Source: Pelagomonas calceolata (taxonomy: Eukaryota). From it: a DNA stretch of 64,000 nt. The translations under genes and the position numbers were made by a program. Below, piece by piece: positions 11,192 through 22,708 of the stretch. The first letter of the stretch is position 1; each line of letters begins with the position of its first letter. The stretch spans positions 62,001 through 126,000 of the forward strand of contig CAKKNE010000004.1 of the NCBI GenBank assembly GCA_918797485.1, read 5' to 3'. The notes beneath the pieces were generated by a model. That model saw only the letters and a list, made by a program, of their open reading frames with translations, was not told where the DNA came from and did no database searches.

Positions 11192-12005
11192 CCTTCGCGC
11201 GGTCGGCCCGGCCTCGCAGCGCTTCCGCGTCCTGCGTGTCTGTGCAGTTGAACTGGTAGGGCCGCTGCGACGGCGTATATAATCTGCGGCGCAGCGGCTG
11301 CTTTCGTGTCCGAGCTGTGTGCTTGAGAGGCTCGGTGCTGAGGGCCGCCGGCGTTCGGCGGTGGTGCAGCGCTTTTGTGTGACCGGTCTAAGGCCTCTGG
11401 CGCCACGTACAAGCGCGGGTGCTGCCGTAATGCCTGCAAAAACTCGTCGCAAATCGACCACCACAAAAACCCGTGGCTTAGGCGATTTGCCTTACAGCCG
11501 TCCAGTCGCAATTCACGACTCCTTGGCCTCGGCCAGACGGGTCGAGTGCCCAACGGGTGCTTTCTTTGCGCGTAAAAAGCTTCAATTTATGTTAGCCTGT
11601 GGGTCCCTACTGTTGGTTCTGCGCTGGCGGCGCTGGAACGCGCGGTGGTGCATTTTAAGGGAAGCCAAACACAGTTCGGAGCCCCGGCCGCTGCGCCGTA
11701 GCGTGAACCCGTGAAATCGCGCTATCAATATCATAAACGACCCTCGGCGACCCAGGAGCCAGCCATTTGTTGCTACGGGGCGCGACTGGTGATCGTTACA
11801 AGCAGCGTTAATCCCTCTGAGGGCCGTCGCCACGTCCACCATTTAATAGCTCCAAAGAACTTTGAGGCTAACACGGGTCCCGGACGGCCGCCGAAGCCGC
11901 GACGCGGGTACCCGGCGAATCGGCCGTGGCGATGTTGCCGCTTCCTTAAATCGACGGCCGTGGTCGCAAGGAGCTGATCTTGATTGGACACAACTGCCAG
12001 CAACA

Positions 12006-13215
12006 ATGGACCTCACACAATGGGAGAAGCGCAACCCGCGCCGCGGGAACGACGAGACCAATCAAGCGTGGGAGCGCGAGCTCGAAGACGACGAGTGCAT
12101 GCGTGACGCGCCGCCGCCGCCGCCGCGGTCGAGGACAAATTCCCTGAGCACGAATTCCAGCGACGGCGACGCGGCGCCGCGCGAGGCCGTGGAACTCTGC
12201 GGCATTTGTATGCTCATTGAGCACATGATGGCGAACCCTCCGCCGGGCGCCGCGGAGCCTCAGCAGCTCTCCGCGTTCTGGGCCACAACCGACGCCATGG
12301 CCGGCGCTGTCCCGTTGCCGAACGTCGCGGAGCTGCACGATTTCCTGTTCCGCTTGTTCGCGACCACCGGCCACACCCCGGAGTGCTCCGTCCTGTCGTT
12401 CATGTACATTCTACGACTGTTTTTGTCTGTGCGGAAATCAAATTTACGGCGCGTTCGCCCTGAATCGCAGCGTCGCCCTCCATGCCATCGACGCGACGCC
12501 TGCTCGATAGCGTGGCGGTGTCAGTTCCTCACCGCTCGACGGAGCCAGCGGCCACGTCGTCGCTGAGAAATGACTTAGTGAAGAATTATCGGGTGCATCC
12601 GACACACTGGTTGATTCCATGTGACACAGGTTTTCGTATCATCCTCATTTGCGAATCACGCCGCGGAATTGCAAACGCTTATTATTGTGCAGCGTCATGG
12701 TCTGTGTGGAAATCAACCAGTGTGTCGGGTGCACCCGACAATTCTTCACTAAGTCATCTCGGCGATGACGTGGCCGCACTGGTTCCGTCGAGCGGTGAGG
12801 AACTGGCATCGCCACGCCATCGAGCAGGCGTCGAGGCGATGGCGTGGAGGTCGACGTGATGATTCAGGACGATTGGGCCGTAAATTTGATTTCCACACAG
12901 GTCATGGTCGCTCAGAAGAACCACGATGACGCTCCTCTGCGAAACGTGGACTTCTCGACGGCGTGGGGCCACGTCCTGCCGGGCGAGCGGCCCGTCTCCC
13001 CCGAACGTATAAACGCAATGGAGCACATCCTCCTCAACGCGGTGGGCTTCGATTTATACGTCCCGCAGGATCAGTACGAGGCCTGCCTCGCGGAACTCCA
13101 TGGCGTCGTACGGTCGCACGCCGCGAACGTACATGACCTGCCCGTCCTGCTGCAGCGGCACGCCGAGTTCCTCACGACCCAGGCCGCGCGCCTCCCGTGG
13201 ACGACGCCCCCCTAG
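12006..13215 (+). CDS. Cyclin of cyclin-Y/PHO80-like type; 3 exons (12006-12418, 12630-12693, 12901-13215)
   Basis: Spliced product reads PECSVLSFMYILRL..ITPRNCKRLLLCSVMVAQKNHDD...INAMEHILLNAVGFDLYV, a cyclin box. Confidence 0.88.
12419..12637 (+). mobile_element. Introner, long subfamily: intron 12419-12629 (211 nt)
   Basis: TSD gtttttgt / gttttcgt (7/8); TIR ctgtgcggaaatcaa...acacag; colinear with the element at 38683. Confidence 0.92.
12694..12908 (+). mobile_element. Introner, long subfamily, opposite orientation: intron 12694-12900 (207 nt)
   Basis: Perfect TSD gtcatggt; perfect 15-bp TIR; internal palindrome tgtcgggtgcacccgaca; reverse complement of the 38683-38881 element. Confidence 0.96.
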
Positions 13216-13348
13216 CGGGTATCGCTCTCTACCCGCCGAGACCCCGTTTCCAGTGATGATTCAAGTTCCCCTCGGTCGTCTCGGATCCGAAACACAAGTC
13301 TAGCTTCCCAATTAATCGTTGTTGTTACAGTATCTCTTACACACGGGT

Positions 13349-14326
13349 TCAGGACTTCAAAGGGCCGAGCAGCGCCGCCTTCAGGCCCGTGCGGACGTCG
13401 CAGAGCTTCGCCGCGTCGAGGACGTCGCCGCCCCACGCGTCCCAGGGCAAATCGACTTCGACGGCCGCGCGGTCGAACGGGAACTGCGCCGCGAGCGCGG
13501 CGCACGCGTCGCGCCGGCGGACGCCGCCGTCCCCGTCGCAGAGCGTCGAGACCCAGGCGAGGTCCGCGTAGTCCAAGGGCGGCATGGCCCGCGGCCGCGC
13601 GAACGGCGCGCGGCACGTGGGGCACCGGTCCGAGTGGCGCGCGATCTGCGCGGCGCACGTGGCATGCAAAAAGTGCGGGCACGCGCGGCCGCGGCCCGCG
13701 TCCGCGAAGAACGCGACGGGCCGCCGCCACAATGCTTCAAGGCAGACGGGGCAGACGTCCGCGCCGGCGTCGTCCGCGCCGGCTTCCTCGCCGTCGCTGG
13801 CGTCGTCGGTGAGCAGCAGGCGCTGCGGCGGCTCCGCCGGCCCCGTCGGCGCCGCCTCGCGGCAGGCAGCAACCAAATCCTCGACCGTCGGCGGCGCGCA
13901 GGCCCCGGCGACTGCGTCGAGGAGCTTCGCATCGTCAGTCAGCTCCTGAGTAGGCTCGGCGGTCGGCTCCGAAGTTGGTTCGTCCTTCCGGGGCGACCGT
14001 ATCAGGACGCGCCGCCCGCCGCGCAGCCGTAGCCGCAGCCCGCCGTCGCCGCGCGGCGTGCACCGCGCGCCTTCGAGGTCGAGGCTATCGAGGCTATCTA
14101 ATGTCAATTTGCAGCCTTCCAAGCTCGCGCGTCTGCGCACCCATTGGAGCTTGAGGCCGGGGCCCGTTGTGGCGACGTCGACCACCGCCGCTGAGGCGCT
14201 GTCGTCGTCACAGTGTGGTGTGATGCGCCCTGGCGTGATGGGCGCGGTGCCTTCGCCTGAAGCGGCTCCTAAGGCAGTGTCGACTGGACAGTCAGACGCT
14301 GTTCCGGCGGTTGTGGGCTGCCCCAT
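13349..14326 (-). CDS. RING-H2 finger protein (putative E3 ligase)
   Basis: CPVC...CPHFLHATC...CPTCR. Confidence 0.82.
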   Translation of the reverse strand: MGQPTTAGTASDCPVDTALGAASGEGTAPITPGRITPHCDDDSASAAVVDVATTGPGLKLQWVRRRASLEGCKLTLDSLDSLDLEGARCTPRGDGGLRLRLRGGRRVLIRSPRKDEPTSEPTAEPTQELTDDAKLLDAVAGACAPPTVEDLVAACREAAPTGPAEPPQRLLLTDDASDGEEAGADDAGADVCPVCLEALWRRPVAFFADAGRGRACPHFLHATCAAQIARHSDRCPTCRAPFARPRAMPPLDYADLAWVSTLCDGDGGVRRRDACAALAAQFPFDRAAVEVDLPWDAWGGDVLDAAKLCDVRTGLKAALLGPLKS

Positions 14327-14625
14327 CGTCGATTGATGGTGTTTTAGGCGCGTAAAGTCTCGCGCAGCAAGTGAACGTACATCGAGCGCCCCGCACTCTC
14401 GGTACAGTGTCCAGGTTGCGTTCGGGCGCTTGTGTCAGGAATGTGGACGTCTCTTGGACCGCCTGGAGCACTCCGCGGCGCCTGACCCCGCGCGCTTCTG
14501 ACGAGTGAGCGCTCGAGCAGTTAGATAGCGCGCACGCCTTAGGATCGTGGCTGGAGGCGTGGTCCTAACCCCGTCGACTAAGCAGGCACAGAACAGTGCG
14601 AGGGCAGCCTCTCGGCGGTCTAGGA

Positions 14626-14867
14626 ATGGAGTGCGACAGTGACAACAAGCTCCATGCCCCGCTCGTCGCGGAGGCCGCGCCCCGGCGCCAGCGCTGCGCA
14701 CAGCGGAAATGGTGCGTACGTGCCTGGCGGAACAAACGCATGCGCGGTCGCGCCGCCGTCTGCGCCGCGGGATTGGCCGTCGCCTTTGCCGCCGTCGCGC
14801 TCACGGCGCTGGCCGCGCCGCACCACAGGCATCACCACCGGCGGCGGCACCACCGCCACCACCCCGC

Positions 14868-14899
<32 letters not shown>

Positions 14900-15384
14900 T
14901 CGACGAGGCCTGCGTGGATCACGCGGTGGCGGACCGCCTGGCCGTCGAGCTCGGGTCGCGCCTCGCGGGCTGGCGGGCGCTGGCGCGGCCCGCCGGCGCC
15001 TCGTTGTTATTGGACCGGGGAGCGCTGGCCGCGGGGCGGCCCGACGGCTACGACTGGCGGCACGCGCACCAAGCTGTTACTAATGGCTACGACGCGGTCC
15101 TCACGGACGTGAAGGCGGGGGGCCTGGAGCCGCCGAGCTTCGAGGACGTCTGCGACGTCGCGGCGCCGGCGGCCGCCTGTGCCGAGGCTTGCCTCGAGTC
15201 GCGCTTCCGCGCGCGCGACGGCTTCGAGCGCTGCTCTGACGGCGCGCGCGCCGCTTTTCTGTTGGCGCCCGACCTCGTGAAGGCTTGCCTGACGCCGGAG
15301 ACGCCCTGCTACGAGTGCGTGGCATCGTGCGGGGTGGCGGCGGAGTCTTGCCGGCCCGTGCGCGTGGCGCGGAGTAGTGGGTAA
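14626..15384 (+). CDS. Single-pass membrane protein with His-rich/poly-Ala linker and Cys-rich C-terminal domain
   Basis: Hydrophobic segment AAVCAAGLAVAFAAVALTALAA; (GCC)9 at 14866-14892; spaced cysteines. Confidence 0.65.
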
Positions 15385-15785
15385 GCTTCTTTAGACTTAG
15401 TTCACCGTCTGCGTCCGTCGGGCAATTTTTTTTCTTTGATTCCTCTTAGGGCTCCGGTTACGGGCGCTTAAGGCTGCGGACGGACGTTTCGCGGTCAATA
15501 TGGTCAGGACTCCTCCGCTCTGAGGGAAAGGGCGAGGGGGGGGGTACGTTGTAAGGTCAGCTGCGCCAAGCGCTCTGCATAATCGACCTGCTGCTGCTCA
15601 CCACCCCGCCATCTAGAGGGGGCCATAGAACCTGTCCGACAGCAGCAGTTCATCAAGACACTGCTGAGCAGGAGAAACTCTGAGTCGCGCAGTCCTGAAG
15701 GGCTTAAAATCCAGCCGGAAGAATCCAAGCTCGGGATAAATTTAATCGCCCCCTACGCGTTGTCACACGTCACATACACGTCACA

Positions 15786-16655
15786 ATGGCCGCCATCCAG
15801 GCCGCAGTACAGGCCCTGTTCGATGTTGAAGCCCAGAAGCCCCAAGCCACGACTTCAGCCCTCCACCGCGACGAACCCGGGTCGCGGCGAGGCAAAAAAC
15901 GCTGCCACAGGCGAAGTGCCGACGCGTGCGTCGAGGTCGGCGAGGACGTCTTCCGATTGCCGGCCGTGCTCGACGAGCAGACCTGTCGAGCGGCCGTCAA
16001 CGAGGTCGACGATCGAGTGGCCTTGGGCCTGTCGACGACGAGGGGCGCGCAGCTGCCGACGACCGACGTCTACGTGAGAGATTTACGGTGCGCTGCCGCA
16101 ATACACGAGGCCGTCGATGCCGGCCTTCACCTGATGGAACGGTGCACGGGTTGAGTGCTGTGTGGAGATCAACCCACGCCATCGACGCGGTCACAGGTGG
16201 ATTTCCACCCAGGTCGCCTCGTCGACTGCAAAAAAGAGGAAATCTTCATCATCACCTATTGTGCCACCGGCCGCCGCAGCCTCGGGCGCCACACGGACGG
16301 CGACGGGAAAAGAACACTCCTCATCACGCTCGACGCGTCCCGAGATTACGCGGGCGGCGGCACGCGCTTCTACCCGAAGGAGGCCTCCGCACCGTCTTTC
16401 GTCGTGCGCCCGGCCCGAGGAGCTGCCGTCGCGTTCGACGGCTCGGTCGAGCACGAAGGCGAGGCGGTCGTCGGAGGCCGGCGCCACGTCGTCGTCGTGT
16501 TCGCCACCGAGGTGGACGAGGACGACCGCAGACCAAGCATAAGGGCCGCCCAGCGCCGAGCCGCCCAGAGCGTCTTCGCGGCGCCGCCGCCTTCGCCGCG
16601 GCGACACCAGCGACGAGCGCCACGCGCCGCGTCGGCCTACCGATCCCTGTTCTAG
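15786..16655 (+). CDS. 2OG-Fe(II) oxygenase (prolyl/lysyl-hydroxylase-like); 2 exons (15786-16149, 16213-16655)
   Basis: HTD...DYAGGGTRF...HEGEAVVGGRRHVVVVF provides the HxD...H...R motifs. Confidence 0.85.
16150..16212 (+). mobile_element. Minimal Introner-derived intron (63 nt)
   Basis: GT + 6 nt, then ctgtgtggagatcaa, core acgccatcgacgcg, end gatttccacccag. Removes the in-frame TGA at 16152; TSD decayed. Confidence 0.8.
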
Positions 16656-16814
16656 AAGCCTCAAGTCCCCTACTAAGTATCTGTCTGCTACGCTCGAGCC
16701 GTGTGGACAGGTAAACATACTAGCCGAGATCGACTGGCAGCCCTTGCGAAGCTCGCTTTTGGGCCGGCGTGCGGGCGCAGCAAGCAGCAAAACTGCAACA
16801 GGCAGCCCCGAGCC

Positions 16815-19676
16815 ATGCGCTGCGCACTCGTTGCAGCAGTTTTGGCCGCCACCGCGGCTGCCCCGCACCTCTATGCGCATCAGCAGGCGTCGCTCGCGGA
16901 GCTGCGGGCGCAGGCGCCGGCACCAGCGATGCTGCGCGCCGCCGTATTGTTCAGCGGCCACCCGCGCACGTTCCTGACGAGTGAGACGGTCCAAAGCAAT
17001 GTCCTTGCCGGCGTCGACGCGCTCTGCGAGACGGTCCGCTGCGAGGTCTTCGCCGTAGTCGCAAAAACGGACGGCAGCCTCTTCCCGAACGCGGCGCCGC
17101 ACGCGGAAGCATGTGCCGAGGACGTGGTCGACGCGTTCCGCAACCTTCGGAATGCGGCCGTGGGCCGCGTCGTGAGCGCGGAGGACCCGCACCCGGAGTG
17201 GAGGAGAGACGATTGTGAAGCGGACCGGCGGCCGGACCTCAATTATGGGAGGGAGCTCGCCCACGCGCGCGCGGCCTGGGCGCTCGTCAAGAAAGCGGAA
17301 GACGGCTGGACGTACGATGTTGTTACGAGGCTGCGCTTTGACGTCGTGTGGGTGCGCGCGCCGCCGAGCCTCTTGGACATCCTCGTGCCGGCGCCGAATG
17401 ACATCATTTCAGACTTGAACGTCGCCGTCGTGCCGCGGCACCATTTTCCGGTGAATAACCACGTCGCGATCCTGGGAAGGGCGGCCGCGGACGCGTACTT
17501 CGATGGACCCATCCAGGTGTGGCGGAACTGCTCCGAGGACTGGTCCCGGACGCCGGCGTCGCTATCAAACCCCGAGGGGCTCCTGCTGAAGGCGCTGCTG
17601 TATGGTAATGTAGCGGTGCGGCGCGTGCCGCTCTTCTCGACGATCTATAGAAGGGAGGGCGCCGAGTGCGCGCGGCTCCAGGCCTATCGGAGGGGCGACG
17701 CGCGGACCGTGTCGAGGGAGTGCGCGCTCCTCTTCCCGGAGGCGGACCCGCGACGAAGGCGGGCGCCGGCCGAGGGCAGGCTCGTGTACGAAATGAATGA
17801 TATAGGGAAGTATGTCGTCGTCGAGCCGACCACCTACGAAAAAGATATATATGAGACGTGTCGCGAGGTTGATGATGAAGAACTCTGTTCGGCGCACGTG
17901 ACGCAGCTCAGTGCCTTACTGGACATGATCGCCAAGGCACGAGACCTAAGATTGGTGGTCTGGGAGGACTCCTTCGTCTCATCGTCAAGGTTCGCGGATT
18001 TGCAGTTGAATGCCATCGAGCACTGGATGGATTTCGAGAAAAGGCCGCGCGCCTATTTGCGGCTCGACGCCGTTAAATTAGCGAAGGAGATCGAGCTCGA
18101 GGAGGCGTTGCGGAGAGACGCGGCCGTCATCAAACTGCCCAACGAAACGGACTGCGAGGGCGTCGTGCGGGGCGAGTGCACCGTCGACACGATAAGTGGC
18201 GAGCGCGTCGGCGCGACGCTCGAGAACTGGCACTTTGGCGACGTCGGGGACCGGGCGGAAGTGTTATGCGGGTGGGCAGGTTTGGAGGATTTACCTTGCG
18301 GGCGGCTCCACGACTTGCAAAGGATGCGGTGGCGCGCGGCGCGGCGCGGATGCGTCTATAGTAGACCCGACGTGCCATCACTGGTCGCGCGGCCGCCGGC
18401 ACTACTGGAGGAGGTCCACTTCGACCAAAAATCACACGCACCGTCCTACGCGGACGCGTTGTTGTATGCGCCGCCGGCTCCATTGGATACACCGCCCGAT
18501 ACTATACACAAATGGACGGTACCGCGGGCGGGCGTGGCCGCAAAATTGGCGGAGGAGGCCACGGCGGCCTGGCGCCAGTGGGGCTACGACGAAGGCGCCG
18601 TCGAAGAAGCGGCGAGCGACCCCGACTGCATGGTCCTCCAGGTTTTATCAGGAGAGGTCTGGGTCTCGAACAAAACTTTGAAACATTGGGACGCCGGGCT
18701 GGAGGAACGGCCGTGGCGCGAGCAGCGGCGCCTCGCCTTCCTCGAAGTAGTGATGGAGGTCGCTCCCACGCTAAGGGATGTCGAGGTCGCGTTCTGCCCC
18801 GTCGATTGTGTATTAGAGTCGGCTTCAAACAAGAACGGGACGTCGCCCTACGCGCACCTCGGCACTAATACAACGCTGTCGGGCCCCCGGTTAGGCTTAG
18901 TGGCGTGCCGCGGGTCCGCGGATATTCCCGTGCCGGCCTGGTACGCGCGCAGCATCGATTTGGACGAGTCGCTCAAGGGCTGGGACGGGCTCGTGAAGAT
19001 GATCGTCAAGCAGCGGGAGCGGTATTCAGATTTAGCGAGGGACCCGCGCGCCGTGTTCCGCGGCAAAGTTCGGGGCAAGAGCTGCTTCGACTACGACCAA
19101 GAAATTGTAATTCCGACGGATCAGCGGCCTTTGGATTCGCAGCCCTGCGGCCGGCGCGCGCTCATGTCGAGGGGCGCGGCGTTTCCCGATTTGGTGGATG
19201 CGGCGCACGACTACGTCCCTTTGCTCCAGCAGGAGGAGTACCGCTACCAGATTATCGCCGAGGGCCACTGCGGCTGGTCGGACCGGTTAAGATTGGCGCT
19301 CTTCATGGGGCCGCTTTTGCTGGTACAGGAGAGTTCGTGTCGGGAGTTTTATGGGTTGGGTCTCGAGCCCTGGGTCCACTATATACCAATCGACCACGCC
19401 TTCGAGACGCTCGCTTCTGTGGTGATGTGGGCGCGCGACCACCCCGACCTCGTGGCTCTCATAAAGCGGAACATGCACGCGTACGCCGAGCACGCCGTGT
19501 CGGCGGCGTCCGTGCGGGCCTACGCGACGCACGTCCTGCGGCACCTCGGGGCGGCGGCGCGCTACGAGCCGGCCCGCCGCGGCGACGCCGTCCTCGGGTC
19601 TTCGTTGTTTGCGGAGCGGCGGGCGGTTATTGACTCCGTTGTTGCCGAGCATGCGCGGCGCGAGGAGAGTTCCTGA
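16815..19676 (+). CDS. Secreted multidomain glycosyltransferase with C-terminal GT90/CAP10-like domain
   Basis: Signal peptide; N-terminal YDVVTRLRFDV; C-terminal YRYQIIAEGHCGWSDRL...EFY..LEPWVHYIPI. Confidence 0.85.
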   Translation: MRCALVAAVLAATAAAPHLYAHQQASLAELRAQAPAPAMLRAAVLFSGHPRTFLTSETVQSNVLAGVDALCETVRCEVFAVVAKTDGSLFPNAAPHAEACAEDVVDAFRNLRNAAVGRVVSAEDPHPEWRRDDCEADRRPDLNYGRELAHARAAWALVKKAEDGWTYDVVTRLRFDVVWVRAPPSLLDILVPAPNDIISDLNVAVVPRHHFPVNNHVAILGRAAADAYFDGPIQVWRNCSEDWSRTPASLSNPEGLLLKALLYGNVAVRRVPLFSTIYRREGAECARLQAYRRGDARTVSRECALLFPEADPRRRRAPAEGRLVYEMNDIGKYVVVEPTTYEKDIYETCREVDDEELCSAHVTQLSALLDMIAKARDLRLVVWEDSFVSSSRFADLQLNAIEHWMDFEKRPRAYLRLDAVKLAKEIELEEALRRDAAVIKLPNETDCEGVVRGECTVDTISGERVGATLENWHFGDVGDRAEVLCGWAGLEDLPCGRLHDLQRMRWRAARRGCVYSRPDVPSLVARPPALLEEVHFDQKSHAPSYADALLYAPPAPLDTPPDTIHKWTVPRAGVAAKLAEEATAAWRQWGYDEGAVEEAASDPDCMVLQVLSGEVWVSNKTLKHWDAGLEERPWREQRRLAFLEVVMEVAPTLRDVEVAFCPVDCVLESASNKNGTSPYAHLGTNTTLSGPRLGLVACRGSADIPVPAWYARSIDLDESLKGWDGLVKMIVKQRERYSDLARDPRAVFRGKVRGKSCFDYDQEIVIPTDQRPLDSQPCGRRALMSRGAAFPDLVDAAHDYVPLLQQEEYRYQIIAEGHCGWSDRLRLALFMGPLLLVQESSCREFYGLGLEPWVHYIPIDHAFETLASVVMWARDHPDLVALIKRNMHAYAEHAVSAASVRAYATHVLRHLGAAARYEPARRGDAVLGSSLFAERRAVIDSVVAEHARREESS

Positions 19677-20266
19677 GTGTTTTTTGTTGTTATTGTAAGT
19701 GCCTTGTGTGGCTAGTTTTTTTAGCACGAGTTTTTTCTCATTGCGCCGAAGCCAGAAGCCCCACGACGACTCTTCCCTTCAGGCTCAGGCTAGTTACGTC
19801 GCAGGGTCCCCCGTACCCCTCCCGCTCCCCCCGGGCCCACCCGTCCGGCTGGACTAGGACGCAAGGGCTGAGTCACAGGGACTCGCACGCCCCCCCCTCT
19901 TCGGGACGCCCCCCATCAGGATGTGGAACTGGCCGCTGGCTCCTCTTTTAGAACGGGGCCGAAAATCAAGCTGGCCAGGGGAGCGAGAGCTACTACCACT
20001 GCGCCGTGCCTAAGTGTCTGACGGGGAGACCGGCTCCGACCCGCCCAGACGACACCTGATTCCGACACCGTCGGAACGGAACTAAATGGGTTCAATGGAT
20101 GCCGAGCGATTCGGAGGGCCTACGAAAGCTCGGCCGGCGCGGCCAAGGTTACGGGGGGCGGCATGCCGCCGCCCCCAACGCCTCCCAGGTCGAGACCGGC
20201 TCCACTCCGTAGGGTCGGTCCGGTCGCGGGCAGATGAGGCTTGCCGCCGTGTCGGCGACAGAGGCT

Positions 20267-22324
20267 TCAGGGAACGGGCCGGATACCACCGAACGCGCAC
20301 CACTCGATGCCCGAGGATGGGTGCCGTCCGTGTTCCGGGCTCGACCCGCCAATGATAAAGAAAGTGGGCGCGCCATGCCGGCGATGCCCGGAAAGAAAGA
20401 TCGGTTGACCTGCGCGTGGGGCCTTCAACCCAAAGGGCCAAAAGGACGCGACGCGAGAAGGCCAGGATGGTGGAAGTCGCCGGCGCCGCGATGATTTGAC
20501 GACCGCGAGCGACGTAGGTCCCGCGTCGCACCGGCCGCGGACGTAGTCCAGGCACACCGGGGCGCCTCCACCGCGCTCGTCCAGGCGCCGACCGCCCACG
20601 GTCGTCTCCGTCTCGAAGACCGCATCCGGCGGCGGCCGCTCGAGCGGCACCGACCAGGTCGTCGGCGCGGCGCCGTACTGTTGCGGCGCGAATCCGAAGC
20701 TCATCGGCCACGACGGCGGCGCGGGCGCGAAGCCGTATCCGTAACCCACCGGCGGAAATCCAGGAGACGGCGCGTGCCCACCGTAACCGACCGGCGGTGG
20801 CGGGATAGTTCCGGGGTGCAGTCGTAGTCGACCACCGGTCTTCTCCTCTATGGCCGCCCAGAAGACGGTCTGCATCTCCGGGAGGCTCGGCGCGACCCGG
20901 CCCGACGAGACGCCATCGAGCCACCGGCCCGCCTTCCTGAGGCGGTTTAAGCCCGGCGCCGAATAGAGATTCGCCCCGAAGAAGGCGTCAGATTCCAATC
21001 CGACGCGGAAGGGGTCGTCGGCCACGCGCGCCCGCTCCGGAATCCGCGGGCGCTGCGCTACCTCGGCCGCGGCCGGCGCCGGCGCGGCCGCGGCGGCCGC
21101 GGCCATCTCCTTTCTCCTGCGCTCGCGGGCGATCTCGCCGACGCTCGGCGCGGCGGCCGGCGCGGCGGCCGGCGCGGCGACGCCGTCCTCGGGGAGCTCC
21201 TCGAGGCAGTCGACGTCGTCGGCGATGGCCGCCGGCGCGTCGTCATCGTCGGCCTCGACCGCGGCTTCGGCCGCGGCGGGCGCGGGGTCGTCATCGTCGT
21301 CGTCGACGGGCGCGGGCGCGTCCTCGTCCATGCCGGGCTCGGTCGCGACGCCCTCGTCGCCGTCATTCATGTCGGCCGCGCCGCCCTGGGGCACGAGCGT
21401 GCCGTCGGGCTTGAGGATCTCGCGCTCCACGAAGACCTCCAGGGACTCCTCGAACAACACCGCGACTCGCACGGCCCGGTTCACGAGATAGCGCCGCGGC
21501 ATCAATCTAAAGAACTCCAGGACCTGCGACCGGCCGACCTTCTTGAACTTGACGCGCCTTTTGTCGCCCATCCCCTTGCGCATGCACCGTGCAAACATCT
21601 GGAGGTCCCTCGTGTTCTTGATGACGCCGCTCGTGCTGTTCGTGCTCACGTACGGCGTGAGGACCTGGCCCTTGCCCGGCGGTGATCCCGGCGGCCACGT
21701 AACCAACACGCCCGGCTTGGGCCGCGTTGCCTTCTGGTACGGCCCCTGGTTCACGCCGACGACTAAGGTCTGGGCGACGTACGCGTGGACGCCGTTCCGG
21801 TCAGAACCGTCGATCAAGAGACACTCCCATTCCTCATCTTCGAGGACCGTCTTATCGACGTAGTAGACCGTCTTGCCGGAGGACGTGGTCGAGGAGACCG
21901 ACTCCGACCGCTCTAGCGAACCGGCGCGGTCTGCGAGGAGGCGCGCGATCGACTGCGGCGGTTTCTTCCGGCGCGGGTCGTCCTCGCGGTAGCGCGTCCG
22001 CCCCCTCTTCTGCGGCGGCGGCGGCGGCGGCGACTCATCTCTCACCGAATCCGTATCAGAGCCGGCCGTCGGCGCCGTCACCTGGGCCCGTCTGGCAGGC
22101 CGCTTCTTCTTCTTGATAGACCGCTCTTCTTGCGCACCCTTCGTCGTCTCTTCTTCGCGCTGGCGGCGCCGCTCCGCGGCGTCTTCGGCCTCCTTGGCGG
22201 CCGCATCGACCTCCTCGCGCTGCAGGTCCTTAGCTAACCACGCGTCGCCCACCACTTGGTCTCGCTCGTCTCCTACCGTCTCTATGGCCTCTTCGAGGGT
22301 CGTTTTACTCTTGCGCGGCGGCAT
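20267..22324 (-). CDS. Orphan low-complexity protein (685 aa) with a degenerate CCCH-like motif near the C-terminus
   Basis: Long ATG ORF with coding-like GC3; VCLDYVRGRC, with GDFHHP following in another frame. 3' end uncertain. Confidence 0.6.
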   Translation of the reverse strand: MPPRKSKTTLEEAIETVGDERDQVVGDAWLAKDLQREEVDAAAKEAEDAAERRRQREEETTKGAQEERSIKKKKRPARRAQVTAPTAGSDTDSVRDESPPPPPPQKRGRTRYREDDPRRKKPPQSIARLLADRAGSLERSESVSSTTSSGKTVYYVDKTVLEDEEWECLLIDGSDRNGVHAYVAQTLVVGVNQGPYQKATRPKPGVLVTWPPGSPPGKGQVLTPYVSTNSTSGVIKNTRDLQMFARCMRKGMGDKRRVKFKKVGRSQVLEFFRLMPRRYLVNRAVRVAVLFEESLEVFVEREILKPDGTLVPQGGAADMNDGDEGVATEPGMDEDAPAPVDDDDDDPAPAAAEAAVEADDDDAPAAIADDVDCLEELPEDGVAAPAAAPAAAPSVGEIARERRRKEMAAAAAAAPAPAAAEVAQRPRIPERARVADDPFRVGLESDAFFGANLYSAPGLNRLRKAGRWLDGVSSGRVAPSLPEMQTVFWAAIEEKTGGRLRLHPGTIPPPPVGYGGHAPSPGFPPVGYGYGFAPAPPSWPMSFGFAPQQYGAAPTTWSVPLERPPPDAVFETETTVGGRRLDERGGGAPVCLDYVRGRCDAGPTSLAVVKSSRRRRLPPSWPSRVASFWPFGLKAPRAGQPIFLSGHRRHGAPTFFIIGGSSPEHGRHPSSGIEWCAFGGIRPVP

Positions 22325-22708
22325 GATGCTGCGCTTCGTGCACGCACCTGTTAAGCTGCTTCTGCACTGAACTCCGCCGCTGCCCCACCGATTGCGACGG
22401 GGCAGCTTACTATATGCTCGTCAAGGCTCCCTCTTTACGATGCGCACTGCCGCTATGTCCTCGAAACCGCTGCGCGCGCGTTTGCACACAACGGAACGAG
22501 GGCCTTCATTCCTAGTGTCTCTATCACTCTAAGCTGGCCGAATCGCATGAGCTCAAAATCGCTGCAGTTGTGCGCTGAGAGCCATTGCACAGCTGATTTG
22601 CGAGCGCTTCGGTACCATCTATCGTTGTGCGAGCGCTGCTATTGACGCGTCACAGCACAGGCAAACGCCATCGCTCAGTTTCTGCCGGAGCCATACGCCA
22701 TCGCTGTG

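Noticed and set aside
14866..14892. (GCC)9 microsatellite
   Set aside because: Ordinary coding poly-Ala tract.
15390..15780. Atypical intergenic stretch with an ATG-less open frame
   Set aside because: Too short, with no motif, repeat or boundary evidence.
20100..20240. Possible hammerhead ribozyme (stem-GAAA, cagatgag)
   Set aside because: No intact CUGANGA core in the correct topology.
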